64,000 nucleotides of DNA from Octopus bimaculoides (taxonomy: Eukaryota), in the NCBI RefSeq assembly GCF_001194135.2, contig NC_068981.1, positions 59,055,127-59,119,126 on the forward strand. Direction: 5' to 3'. Under the pieces are notes generated by a model. It ran no database searches. It saw only the letters and a program-made list of their open reading frames with translations, and was not told the DNA's origin. Made by a program: the position numbers and the translations under genes. Every line of letters begins with the position of its first letter. Position 1 is the stretch's first letter. Shown here one piece after another: positions 26,308-39,318 of this stretch.

Positions 26308-26436
26308 GTACAAATCAAAATATATGGTACCCTAGGCATAACACCTACATGAACTTCTAACTTGTTGTCTCTTGAGTTCTCTGGGTGAGACTTGGATCCA
26401 ACTTGTACAAATGCAAAGCAAAAGTCAAACATAAAA
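26308..26436 (+). mobile_element. Family C 3' UTR copy (~130 bp) in a TAA array
   Basis: Near-identical to 23695-23820. Confidence 0.85.
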
Positions 26437-27140
26437 TAATAATAATAATAAAATNNNNNNNNNNNNNNNNNNNNNNNNNNNNNNNNNNNNNNNNNNNNNN
26501 NNNNNNNNNNNNNNNNNNNNNNNNNNNNNNNNNNNNNNNNNNNNNNNNNNNNNNNNNNNNNNNNNNNNNNNNNNNNNNNNNNNNNNNNNNNNNNNNNNNN
26601 NNNNNNNNNNNNNNNNNNNNNNNNNNNNNNNNNNNNNNNNNNNNNNNNNNNNNNNNNNNNNNNNNNNNNNNNNNNNNNNNNNNNNNNNNNNNNNNNNNNN
26701 NNNNNNNNNNNNNNNNNNNNNNNNNNNNNNNNNNNNNNNNNNNNNNNNNNNNNNNNNNNNNNNNNNNNNNNNNNNNNNNNNNNNNNNNNNNNNNNNNNNN
26801 NNNNNNNNNNNNNNNNNNNNNNNNNNNNNNNNNNNNNNNNNNNNNNNNNNNNNNNNNNNNNNNNNNNNNNNNNNNNNNNNNNNNNNNNNNNNNNNNNNNN
26901 NNNNNNNNNNNNNNNNNNNNNNNNNNNNNNNNNNNNNNNNNNNNNNNNNNNNNNNNNNNNNNNNNNNNNNNNNNNNNNNNNNNNNNNNNNNNNNNNNNNN
27001 NNNNNNNNNNNNNNNNNNNNNNNNNNNNNNNNNNNNNNNNNNNNNNNNNNNNNNNNNNNNNNNNNNNNNNNNNNNNNNNNNNNNNNNNNNNNNNNNNNNN
27101 NNNNNNNNNNNNNNNNNNNNNNNNNNNNNNNNNNNNNNNN

Positions 27141-27270
27141 NGTACAAATCCAAATATATGGTACCCCAAGCATAACACCTACATGAACTTTTAACTTGTT
27201 GTCTCTTGAGGTCTATGGGTGAGACTTGGATTCAACTTGTACAAATGCAAAGCAAAAGTCAAACATAAAA
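27141..27270 (+). mobile_element. Family C 3' UTR copy; 5' end hidden in a gap
   Basis: Near-identical to 26308-26436. Confidence 0.85.
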
Positions 27271-27303
27271 TAATAATAATAATAAAATAATAATAATAAT
27301 AAT

Positions 27304-28050
27304 AGTGATTCAAAACCGGAAACGGAGGCTCTAATCTGTGCTGCCCAAGAGCAAGCACTAAGAACAAACTACATAAAATACAGAATAGACAGCACATCAA
27401 AAAGTGATAAATGCAGAATCTGTGGATAAAACGGTGAAACCGTATTGCATATTACCAGCCAATGTACGCCACTAGCCCAGAAGGAATATAAGAGACGCCA
27501 CAACAATATAGCTAGGCTTGTCCATTGGACACTTTGAAGTAAGTATGGACTTGACAGAGCAAAATATTGGTACGACCACAAAGCTGAAGACATTGTCGAA
27601 AATAGAAATGAAAAGATCCTATGATTCAGTGCGACCATGAGATAGAAAATAGGAAGCCGGACATAGACTTAATTGAGAAAGAAAACAAACTATGCTGGAT
27701 CATAGATATAGCATGCCCAGCTGACAACAAGGTATGCGATAAGGAACGAAGAAAAGTCGAGAAATATGATAGGTTAGCTTAGGAAGTTAAGTAGTGGTGG
27801 TCGATGAAAAAAGGTAGCAGTAGTACCAATAATTGTCGGAGCCCTGGGAACAGTGAGCAAAAATCTCGAGAAGTACGTGGAAAAAATAAGGGCTGCAATA
27901 AGGGTGGAGCACTTGCAGAAAACAGCACTGCTTGGAACCGCTCGAATACTCCGGAAGGTGCTCGAAAAATAAGAAGTGTTACCTTAGTTTACTGGTAGTG
28001 AACAGCTGACACTGTAGTACATCTCCAGCGTTAGAAGCTGTGCAAAGGCA
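27304..28050 (+). mobile_element. Family A RLE LINE 3' fragment with complete C-terminus, 3' UTR and (CAA)n(TAA)n tail
   Basis: Collinear with 22386-23018, then continues RILRKVLEK* and a ~80-nt UTR. Confidence 0.9.
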
Positions 28051-28539
28051 CACAACAACAACAACAACAACAACAACAAGAACAACAACAACAACAACAA
28101 TAATAATAATAATAATAATTATAACAATAATAGTAGTAGTACAAGTCCACAAACCTGTAGGAGAAGAGTAGTCTGTTGAAATCGACTCTAGTACAAGTCT
28201 GATGTTGAGATTGCTGTCTTAAGTAGGATAAAAGGTGAGATTAAAACTCAGAATTTTGAGAGGAAGATACCACATACATCAGCGTATTTTCTATAGGCGT
28301 TAATGTTTCTGCCACTCCCTGTCATTCTCTTGAAAAGTTAATTAACAAAAATTAACTGAAACACTAAATAGAGTGTAATTAGGATTGCTTGTTTTAAGTT
28401 AGTGTTCTTGGTTAATCAATACCTAATTATTATTCTGAACGTTAAAAAATGGCACAATGAAGACGTAGAATGACGGAGAAAATATATTTATGATTGTGCA
28501 CTGAGCAACACTTTACTGGAGTAGTGGTCTCCGGACATA

Positions 28540-28675
28540 TTTAGTTATATGACTGTGTGATTAAGAAGTTCGCTTTGGTTTCAGTTTCAGTCTCATCTTG
28601 GTCTCCTACCCAACACCCAGGACCGAACACTGCCTTATGAGTGAATTCGGTAGGAAAAACTGTGAGGAAACCCCG

Positions 28676-28764
<89 letters not shown>

Positions 28765-29500
28765 TATAGTTGAAATATGTAGAAAAACAAAAGACGAAGA
28801 CAGGGGTATAAACAACAAGCAGGTATATTAGTATGACGCTCGGGAAGGTGAAAACAGTCTTTTACGTTTCGAGCCTACGTTCTTCAATAGAAAGGAATAA
28901 GAGAAAATAGACAAAGAGAGGATAAAAAAGAACTTGTGAATTTAGCGGTCAAGTATGGTGACTGATTAGAAAAACAAGTTTGAAAGATGAGGTTTAAAGG
29001 AGAGGAGATAATAAAGTATTGGTGATCCAAAAGAAGGTGCGCGTGCGTGTGTGTGCATGTGAGAATGTGTAAGTAAGTGTGTGTGTGGATAGGGGCTAGT
29101 GACTTTGATGTGTGTGGGAGTGTGCATGTATAAGTGTGAGTGTCTGTAATGTGTGGCTCTCATATAGTGGTACGTGTGGTGACGCTATTGAAGATTGATT
29201 GTGGGTGTGTGGATGATGGTATGTGGTGTGGGTGCTGGGAAGTGGTCAGTGATATATATATGTATGAATGTATATATGTGTATGCGTGTGTGTGTACTTT
29301 TGTGTTTGTGTTGCGCATGTTCCCCATCGTCGCCTGGCAACCGATGCTGGTTTGTTTAAATCACCCAAATTAACAGTACAGTAAAATATACCTGCAGAAT
29401 AAGTGCAAAAATGAGATTTGCTTAACTAAATCTTTCAAGGCAGTGCGTCAGCATGGCCGCAGTGCAATGACTGAAACAAATAAAAGTAAAAGATAAAGAT
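28540..29500 (+). mobile_element. Old SINE-B copy split by a Penelope-type repeat (~28770-29230)
   Basis: Degenerate head at 28540-28680 and 3' half at 29320-29500 (GGCAACCGATGCTGGT...CAGCATGGCCGCAGTGCAATGACTGAAAC). The insert resembles 58000-58220. Confidence 0.6.
28859..28894 (-). ncRNA. Degenerate type I hammerhead motif
   Basis: Minus strand: CTTT-CTATTGA-A-GAAC(GTAG)GCTC-GAAAC-GTA-AAAG. Same layout as 59630-59675 but with core substitutions. Confidence 0.45.
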
Positions 29501-31130
29501 ATCTGTAGTGTCTTAGCATAAAAAAATCTGTTTCACATAACGTGTCAACTGTAGGGAGGGAAATCTAACGGGCCTTGAACAAATATATATGCCTGGAGTT
29601 GATTTGAACTTATGGCAAATGTGCAGCTGCTTCAAAATGATTATCCACTGAACCATCCTACCTCTGAGAAACCCTTGTTCGATCTTCTATTGATGAATGA
29701 AATTCTATGTGGTACTTCAATCAGCTAGAAGTAGCAACAAAATCTCTCACGAATCACACCGTAGTGCCTTTAAAAATACTAGGTACAATAGATTGTATGA
29801 TATAGTCTTTGTTACTTTAGAATATCTTAGTCATCATTGCGAAGGCCATGCTGGAGTATCAAATTCAAAATAGTATAGTCATGGCTGGAGCACTGTCTAT
29901 TATAGGTCTGTCTTCTCATTGCTGATTTAGGACTAAATAATAATGACATGACCTATTTAGCATTGATTGATTTGTTTGAATGCGATTCACTGAATTAATT
30001 TACCTTGAAAGTATAAAGCATAATATCGTTGTAAGAGGACAACTTAATCGGGGCCCAAAACATTAAACGATGTGACACTAACAGAAATGCTGGAATCTCC
30101 ATACCCTTCTCTTTCCCGACACAATATTAAAATGTAATCTATTTATAAAATGTATAAGTTATGGTAATACCGAATGTTAAACAACGCACTGCTATTTCTT
30201 ATACCGTATAATGTAGTGCGGCTTCGAACTTAATAAATTTATGAATAAATAATTTAATAAATAAAATATTTATTTCATTAAAATGAAGACAGTATTGCTG
30301 ATTGTATTTTGGAGTCAAGAAGATTGGAAAGATATTATTTATCAACTAGAAAACTTTATTTGGCATTGCCCGAGAGAAATTGTTTGGAGTAATATAATTT
30401 ATATGCGATTAAAAAAATAACAAATTTAATAAAAACAACTTAATGGTAAAAAGTAAATAAAACAGTGGAAAACATAATTTCTTTACATACCAGGTGTTCC
30501 ACTATTAAAGTTGCATAAGGAAACAGACATATAAATCATAATGTTCTTTTTTCTTCTCTTCCTCAAAAAAAAAAAAAAAAAAAAGAACAGCTTGTTCAAA
30601 CACAGTTTTGAGAATGATATAATATTGTTAAAAGTTATCATTGCCATTTTTTGAAATAAAACTTATTACTGAAAATTCCGAAAGTGTAGATACCATAATG
30701 ATATGATGATAATCCCATTACTTTGAAATGTGAAAACTTGCACCACCTCAGTTTTCCTCTTAAATGTTTGGGGAATTCATTTCGACGTTTTGTTCTTTTT
30801 CTATGTACACTTTATCTTATACAAGTTACACAATATCGACCAAGACACTAGCAGTCAAACATTTAGAAAACACGCATATATGAAGAAAAAATACAAAAAA
30901 ATAAAACAAATATGCAAACATCATTTCTCATATAAAATTATATACATCAGTATTACTTAATACTTTTGCATGTAATATCATACTTAATGTTTATAGCATG
31001 CTTAGTTTTGCTTCAAAATATAAACTTTAGGCTATAAACTCATTAATTTTTAGGCTATAGATTCATTTATATCTTGTCACTGGTTTCCAGTGTTTGGACA
31101 TTCTGTTAGGTGGAAATCTCATATTATATA

Positions 31131-31343
31131 CGAGAGGGTGCTGAAAAGTTGCTGGCTTTGGGTAAGAGAAAATACAGTAGGATCAGTAATGATTTTCGTC
31201 AACATATTCTCCTCTCGGATTCACAAACTTATTGCAGCGGTCCTATAGTTTTCCTAAGTCCTGCAAAAGAACCCCGAAGGCTGGGCTTTCAATAAGGCCT
31301 TCCGCAATATTCTTGCAGCCAAAGACTTTTCAGCACCCCCTTG
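31131..31343. mobile_element. Tc1/mariner MITE, 213 bp, TA target site duplication
   Basis: TA|CGAGAGGGTGCTGAAAAGTTGCTGGCT ... AGCCAAAGACTTTTCAGCACCCCCTTG|TA. Confidence 0.88.
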
Positions 31344-31868
31344 TATGCTTTCAGTACTAAGTTGTTTGAAACCCTTCTATGTATGCACGTATGGGCTGGT
31401 TGTATACAGCAAATAAAGAGAAACACATACAACTATACATAAATACTCAAAATGTGTGTGTGTATCAGCACACACAGACGTACGTATTCACCAGAAGTCA
31501 CATTTAATATCAAAGAACGGTCCATAGGTGAAAGCGTGAAATGTTAAATGATGCAGTTAAGACTACTAAGTTTTTATTGTTTTTAAAACATTGTTTATAA
31601 TGATTGACCAAATGAAATATATTAGTAAATGTACTGATATACACATACATTCACACGTACGTACTAAAATTACACATACAAGAGTAACATCTATAGATAT
31701 ACATACACACACAAAATAACAAGGCAAACATAACTTGCTTGATGACCCCGTGAGTACGCAATTCCAGAATAGCCAGTGACTCATCCGAAAAAGAAATATC
31801 ATTAATGTCTACTATGGTACTGACTACTCTTTCACCTAAATAAATCCCTCTCTCTCTCTCTCTCTCTC

Positions 31869-31941
<73 letters not shown>

Positions 31942-32565
31942 GTGTACATATATATGTGTGTGTGTGCGTGAGTGTGTGTGTGTGTGTGAGAGAAAGAGAG
32001 AGAAAACAGCAAAATGAACAACTTAAATAAACAAGTTAAAATAATTGAAGCATGTAACGAAATCTTTGTGGCTGCAGGTAACTTCAGAATTTGTCGGTTG
32101 CCAAGCAATTTGATTTTAAGCGGAGAGACAAAAGTGAAATGATGTCTCAAACACAAGGACTAATAAATCAATGTTTAGTTTAATTTTTTAAAAAAGGTCT
32201 CTTAAAAAAGGTCTTTCTTTAAAAAAGGTCTTTTATCTAAATCTAACAGCTAATGTTTACTAACCATGTAACTATTTCTTTTAACACGCACACACACACA
32301 CACACACCGCGCGCGCACACATTCGAATTCCACTGCATTGTATAAGATGTTTTGCACACATCAACTGGCTCTCATGCAGCTTTGATTCTCATTTTTTCTT
32401 CCAACCACTTCTTTAGATAAAACCTAAGGGTGTAGCGACAGAAGAAAAAAGAAGCACTTAGAACGCCAGAAGGTGAGCAGTCTTCATATAGGGAATATAG
32501 TGTAAGCAAGTCAGTCAATCATCTGTCGAGGATGAACTTTTTTATTAATATTTCATATGTAATAA

Positions 32566-32782
32566 AGGCGGTACTCTGGCAGAATCGTTAGCACGCCTGG
32601 GAAAATGCTTAATGACATTTCTTCTGTCTTTACGTCCTTAGTTGAAATTCTGCCGAAGTTGACTTTGTCTTTTATTTTTTCAGGATTGAGAAAATAAGTA
32701 CCAGTTGAGCACTTCGGTCGATGTAATCGACTAAACCCGTCCTCCTCAAATTGCGGGCATTGAGCCAAAATTTGAAACCAGT
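32566..32782 (+). mobile_element. SINE-A, full length
   Basis: AAGGCGGTACTCTGGCAGAATCGTTAGCACG...AATAAGTACCAGTTGAGCAC...CCAAAATTTGAAACC. Confidence 0.88.
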
Positions 32783-35235
32783 ATTACTTATATAATAACG
32801 AAAACCAAAAGCGAAAATCGGGTGCAGGCCAAGACGGTCAATATAAATTTACCTTGTTTACTATTTTTCAGAGCCAAGCTTACTAGTAATTCAACGTTAG
32901 GTTTGGCAAGTCCGTGAAGAGTATAATTTTCAGCAAACCTAAATATGCTCGAAGTATATAAATTCATTATGAATATTTAAATGATGCTGGCAAAAGCAGT
33001 TAAGGACCGGACAAAATACCCCGCAGTTTCTCATTTCTTCTTGGTATGTTGTGTGTTCAAGTGCTGCTGAGGTAAATTTTACTTTCATATTACTTAAGGT
33101 CAATAAGATAAGTACTAATTATTGTTTCTTTTGAAGTTCACAATCAGCACTAATCTAGCAGACCTAAGTTAAAAGACGTTGCAGTTATGACCATCCCATT
33201 TTGTTTTTATGGATTCAATATTCAATGTGTTTTTCAAGATGCTAGAGCATAAATTTAGGCGCAGAATAATAAGAATGTTATTTCCAGAAAATTGAGCGGG
33301 TGCACAGAAGTTCTATGGTTGACTGTACTGATACTGGTTAAATTCTGGAGGCGATTTATTGATTCTGTGGCCTTGTGGTAGTGGTGAAAATCAATATATG
33401 ATACAGGTCTAAATAGGATCTCATATTCTGAACGTCCTTAATTGATTTCTTTATCTGACAATCAAATAAATCAATTACTTGAATTTTCATGAGCAAAGGC
33501 TTCCATTAATAGATGATAGTTAAGCAACTGCTTTGATTCCTAGATGTGTGCTCACTACACGTGTGGGTGAATACGAGCGAAGTAGAGATCAGTCTTGCAC
33601 AAGGTTTTATACAGTGTTTACAGTCTCTAATACTGTGTTAAATTTTCTCTAACTACTTCTACTATTTCATTGGTTTGACCTTTGTACTTTTGTAATCCCT
33701 CTACATTATTCTAGCTATGAATATATATGTCCTTGTCACTAAATATAGATTAAAAGAGACAATTTGGGGCATCAAAATGACCCACATATAACAGAATAAA
33801 AGGGATGTAGGAGAATCTTTATGTTTATTTTTAAAGTAGGTAGAAGACTATAAATATCTAGGGTGGAGTACAAACGATTCAGTTGACACCAACATTTTAT
33901 TGGTACTTATTCTTTGACCTAGCAGGGTTTGAAATCACAAAGTCACTAAGTACTACACCACATTCTCTTCTGCGTTCTACGGATTTACCCATCACTACTT
34001 ACAGCACTTAAAATCAAATTTGATTAGCAAATATTTAACTCCTCCTATCTTTGATAACCCCTCCACCCCATCTATATCGGACGCTTGCAGCAAATTATTT
34101 CTAACGGTTAATTTATAATTTTCCTTCCATTTGAATTAATACACTAAAGCACGATGATAATATAATTATTATGAAGATGTCTCGGAGGGAAGTTGAAAAC
34201 TAAATATAATTTCTTTTTCGTCCCAGTGAAAGAAAATTAAACACACAAAATAAGTATGTACATATTTACAAATATATCACTGAAAACATTTATAAACACA
34301 GAGAAACAAATAGAAAAATAAATTGAAAATTTTAATAAGATGTCAGAATTAATTCATGCGGCTGCTTGAAAAACTCGAATCGATATAGTGTCAGTCTAGG
34401 AACAGATGCGTCGTTAGTATCTAAAAGTAGCGCGTGCGGCTCTATGTTCATAGACAATGCCACTCGTTTACACCATCTCAGTCCTTCGAAGTATAAGCAA
34501 GTGATATAGAGTTAGTACAGCGAAAACGGAGAATATAATATCTTTCATTTGGTCTGCCGTGCTGAGTTCCAGTCCAAATACTACCTGAAGCCAAGCGTGT
34601 ATTGTTGTTCAAACGATTACTTTATTTTATAGTACAAACTAGTACGGGTCGTCATCCTGAAAATAACAAGCCATCAGGAACTTCAATCTCCCCCCGCAAC
34701 ATCCGCAACGATAGGATGAAATACAAAAATAGGAGCTTTGAATTATGCAACACTTCTTTCGCTTTCAGGTGACATCGTTGTTGCATATCCAGTGCGAAAT
34801 AGTGAATGCTGAAAAGAAAGAAACCAAGAGCTCGTGAGAAATCTCTAATTCCAACTAATTATTTCTTGCGTATCAGATTTGCTGTTCGATGTAGGTCGGA
34901 TACATATTCACATCAATCCTTTTATTACATGCTGATTGTGATTATTAAGCACACAAACACAGGCACGAACGGATACGCACACACACACATTTATATAGAA
35001 ACGTATTAATATTGTAGTTTTGACAGCAGAGACAGTAACTTGTTAGACAAGTGGCGCATATTTTCAATAACGGTAACAGATACATTCGGATTTTTGAAAA
35101 TGGCGTCGGGCATATTTACTTCGGATTAAATAAAAACGGAAATAACGTGGATCTGGATACATACATACATACATACATACATACATACATACATACACAT
35201 GTACTGCATTGATGGTCATTATCGACATTTACATT

Positions 35236-35273
<38 letters not shown>

Positions 35274-35357
35274 NNNNNNNNNNNNNNNNNNNNNNNNNNN
35301 NNNNNNNNNNNNNNNNNNNNNNNNNNNNNNNNNCACACACATATATATATGTGCGTG

Positions 35358-35413
<56 letters not shown>

Positions 35414-36372
35414 ATGTATGCATACGTATATATTTACACATACCAGTACATACGTGTCTGTATACGTGTGCATGTATGTATATGAGTATGTATATAACCT
35501 GTAGAGGAGTAAATGTTGGTATATTCATGTGTGCACAGCTGCACCTGTCTTTGTCCGTTTGCATGTGTAAATGATGAACGACATCACCACGTGATGCCAA
35601 TCGACCAACGAATTACATGGTTGATTACAAATAATTATATACAGTCTATGTAAATCAGTAATGCCTTCAGTCAAATTGAGTGATAAAGATAGCAAAAGGA
35701 AAAGTTAGTAATTTACCGTCGCTATTAGTTGTAGCTTTGTAGTAGGACCAGTAATACAAGCCAACGAACAGGTATTGACGCCATCGCACAACCTATCAGA
35801 AACAGCAGTGAAATATCCTTCAAGTAACACACTATCATCTTAAAAGAGGAAAGAGACATTGGAAAATGTAAACCAAAAATACGTAATAGTAATAGCTGGA
35901 AACCCTTTGGAAGTAGGTCTGTTCGATCGAAGGCTGTGCAATAAACTGAAGCAGAATCAGCAGTAGCAGCTACGACAACAACAAAACGTTACGGGTTCGA
36001 CAAATACGTATATGCATAATACGCCTTGACGCATACATCTATATGAAATTCTCATATACAGATATAATATATCAAGTGGTAGTCTGAAGGCATGTCGGAG
36101 TTTCGTAGTTTGCAAAAATGTTGAGCATTTGCCCTTCACAAACTTCCTATCTGTATGTTGATTATCATTCTTTTCTTCATATATTTACTTAATTAGCAAT
36201 CAGTATAATACATGTTTGCATGCATATCATAGATATGTTGGGAAGAATATATTTGTTGACTTAAAATATTCTGTGCATGTCTATGATTATACGTATGTCT
36301 GTACATTTGTGTATATTGATTTCTTTAGACTGGGTACATATTTCCTTTTGTCTAGGTACATATGCAATGTGT

Positions 36373-36665
36373 GAAGGTACATGGCTCAGTGGTTAGAGGG
36401 CGGGCTGTGTGTTGTGTTCTTGAGCAAGACATTTTATTTCACGTTGCTCCAGTTCATACAGCCGTAGAAATGAGTTGCGATGTCACAGGTGCCAAATTGT
36501 ATCGACCCTGGACAACATCGGTGGCGTGAAGAGGGGAGGCTGGTATGCATGAGCGACTGCTGGTTTTCCATAAACAACCTTGCCCGAACTTGTGTCTCGG
36601 AGGGTAACTTTCTAGGTGCAACCCCATGGTGAGTTATGACCGAAAGGGATCTTTTTACTTTTACA
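36373..36665 (+). mobile_element. tRNA-derived SINE, family D (CORE-like CTTGAGCAAGAC)
   Basis: GAAGGTACATGGCTCAGTGGTTAGAG (A box), GTGTTCTTGAGCAAGACATTTTATTTCACGTTGCTCCAG, T-rich tandem tail. The head is shared with 50376. Confidence 0.7.
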
Positions 36666-36679
36666 TTTTTACTATACCT

Positions 36680-36862
36680 CAGGGTATGGCTTAGCGGCCA
36701 TTTCGTTCGTTTTATGTTCTGAGTTCGAATTCCGCCAAGGTCGACTTCGCCTTTCGTTCTTTCAGGGCCGATAAAATAAGTACCAGTTGAGCACTCGGGT
36801 CAGTGTAATCGACTTAACCCTATCCCCCGAACTTGCTGGCCTTGTTCCAAAATTTAAAACCT
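36680..36862 (+). mobile_element. SINE-A, 5'-truncated
   Basis: GCTTAGCGGCC...GTTCTGAGTTCGAATTCCGCC...CCAAAATTTAAAACC. Confidence 0.85.
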
Positions 36863-37799
36863 ACGTCACCGGGAACTTAACAAATAAACAAAAGAGCCTG
36901 CGTGCTCCTACAAGGGTGATTACATCACCCCTGTCATAGCACCTCATGAAGCTTTGACAATGATACTTCCCAGCTCTCAACATTATTTTGATATCAAGGT
37001 TACTAATCAACGGTGATGACTTAATGGTGACCGCGGAACACCTTTTATAATAGAGCGGCTTTCTGCAGATATGTGACAAAACAACAAAATCAGAGTTCCT
37101 GTTATCCATTACTATTCGACAGAGCAAGAATTATAATTATTTCTGATTTAGAGACAAGGCAATGCATTTTGGTGGAAGAATATAAGTGATTACATCGACC
37201 CCGGTACTTGACTGGTTCCTATTGAATCGCTGTAGAAGGACGAAAGAAATTTTAAACTCAAAATATATGGATTTTTAAGTCGGAATACACACACATGCGT
37301 ATGCACACACATACACATACCAATGCAAATATATAATAGAAATTCGATGAAGTAATATCAGTTTTCTTTTGACACTGTACCAAAATTCTGAAATGAATCA
37401 AATTGCCAAATCTGACGGTCAGCAGCGTGAAGAAAGAGAAATAGCTTCAAACAGAATTTGAAACTTACAAAACCGTCTCGACTTGACGTGAACTTACTTA
37501 TTACATTTCATTTCCACACATACACTGAATATTACATAAGCCATTGATCCAACTTTCTTTACGCAAAGCAATTCATCAATAGGTGAATATACGTTTTGAA
37601 TACAAGAACATGTGACTTTACGCATTTATTCGTGTGTGTGTTTGTGTATGTATGCATCTGTTTCTCTGTGAGAGTAACTGTGAATACCCATGAACACATG
37701 TGTTGTTACTTCTGAACTTGCTACATTTATGCTTTTCTTATCATCATTAACGATAGAAATGAAGGCGACTGATTTTAACAAAAGCTTGAAACAGACTCA

Positions 37800-38460
37800 T
37801 TGAGCCAAACATACGGAGCTCTTCTTTTGTACATTTTGCCACTCCGTATAGTTGTTTTCGTTGCCGAGTCAGCTCCAGTTTACTGAGCATCTTCAGTCAC
37901 AGCTCCTGAAATGGCGGAAGCGGTCACCTCGGGCCCAGTCCTGGGTAAAAGTATGCAGGCACCGTGTCTTCTGACTGTAGCAAACAGCACTCCAAATCAT
38001 GTGACGAGGGAGAGAGGATGGTTACAAGGTAAAGTCTCAAAACGTCGTCGGGAAGAATGCAAATGGAAAAAGACAACGATGTTACAGAAAAGTGGTGGAC
38101 TACATCGGGAAACAAGAAAACACGAAAGTGAAGAAGAAGGAGCATCATCTTCAAAACAATAATAATGCGCGATTTAAGAAGAACGATACTCCTCCTCATA
38201 GCAACACTGAAGACAATGACATGAAGGAAGATGAAGTGACATTCACAGTTCTCTGCGAGAGTAACCAGCGTCTAAGTGAAACAGTTAAAATGTATTAGTG
38301 TAGCGGGCGTTGTCTGGATATACCAATGACCGATCTAAAAATGAGGACTGAATATTAGAAGCGTTAAATCCTAATAAAAACGAAATTGTTTTATTATCAT
38401 ATATTAATAGAAGAGCTTCCTGACGAAGTGGAAATGATTCCTAGATAACGACTTGGTAGA
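37800..38460 (+). other. GC-richer, ORF-like island; possible 5' UTR and ORF1 start of a LINE
   Basis: CTCCTGAAATGGCGGAAG start context, broken Lys/Glu/Ser-rich frames (38092-38298 and others), and EELPDEV downstream. No firm homology. Confidence 0.3.
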
Positions 38461-38587
38461 TGTGTGGAGATCAGGGCTGCTCTAACTCGACCTAGCCAGT
38501 GTGTAGGGAGTGAACACCAAACGTGCATTTTCTTATTTTACTTTTTGCTGAAAATATAACTGGTTTGTTATTATGGTGTGTATTACG

Positions 38588-38720
38588 AAGGCGGTGAGCT
38601 GGTAGAATCATTAGCGGCATTTCGTTCGTCTTTACGTCCTGAATTCAAATTCCGCCGAGGCCGAAGTTGCCGTTCAGCCTTTAGGAATCTATAAAATAAA
38701 TACCAGTTAAGCACTGGTAA
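38588..38720 (+). mobile_element. SINE-A, internally deleted and 3'-truncated
   Basis: GAAGGCGGTGAGCTGGTAGAATCATTAGC|GGCATTTCG; the deletion falls at a repeated TTAGC. Confidence 0.8.
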
Positions 38721-39144
38721 TCTATTACTCTGTCAGTCTGAATATTAAAGTCTAACAAAGTCTTGTAATTCATACTTTCTAGTACTTTACTAAGTTCATG
38801 TTCATACCATTTATCAGTATGTTCAAATCCTAGCGTTCTACATAGCTCCCAGTGGATTTCTCACCCTAGACTGTCATGTCTTTTCTTGTATTCGTTCTGT
38901 TCCAGCATGCTACATTCACTTACTATATAAGTAACACTTTCCTCTTTTGATTTGCATAATCTACATTAGGAATTTACTTGTTTTTTGTCTATCTTGGCTT
39001 TTATCCAATTTGTCTTTAATGCTTGATCTTGTGCAGCTACTAACAAACATTCTGCCTCCTTCTTCAGCTTTCCGTTATGCAGTCATAACCATATCTCACT
39101 ACTCATTACCATGAATTACCATGAATTCTATTTACAAGAATACT

Positions 39145-39318
<174 letters not shown>

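Noticed and set aside
20311-28140. CRISPR-like repeat-spacer array
   Set aside because: The repeats are variable-length trinucleotide microsatellites and the 'spacers' are retroelement fragments. This is eukaryotic DNA with no cas genes.
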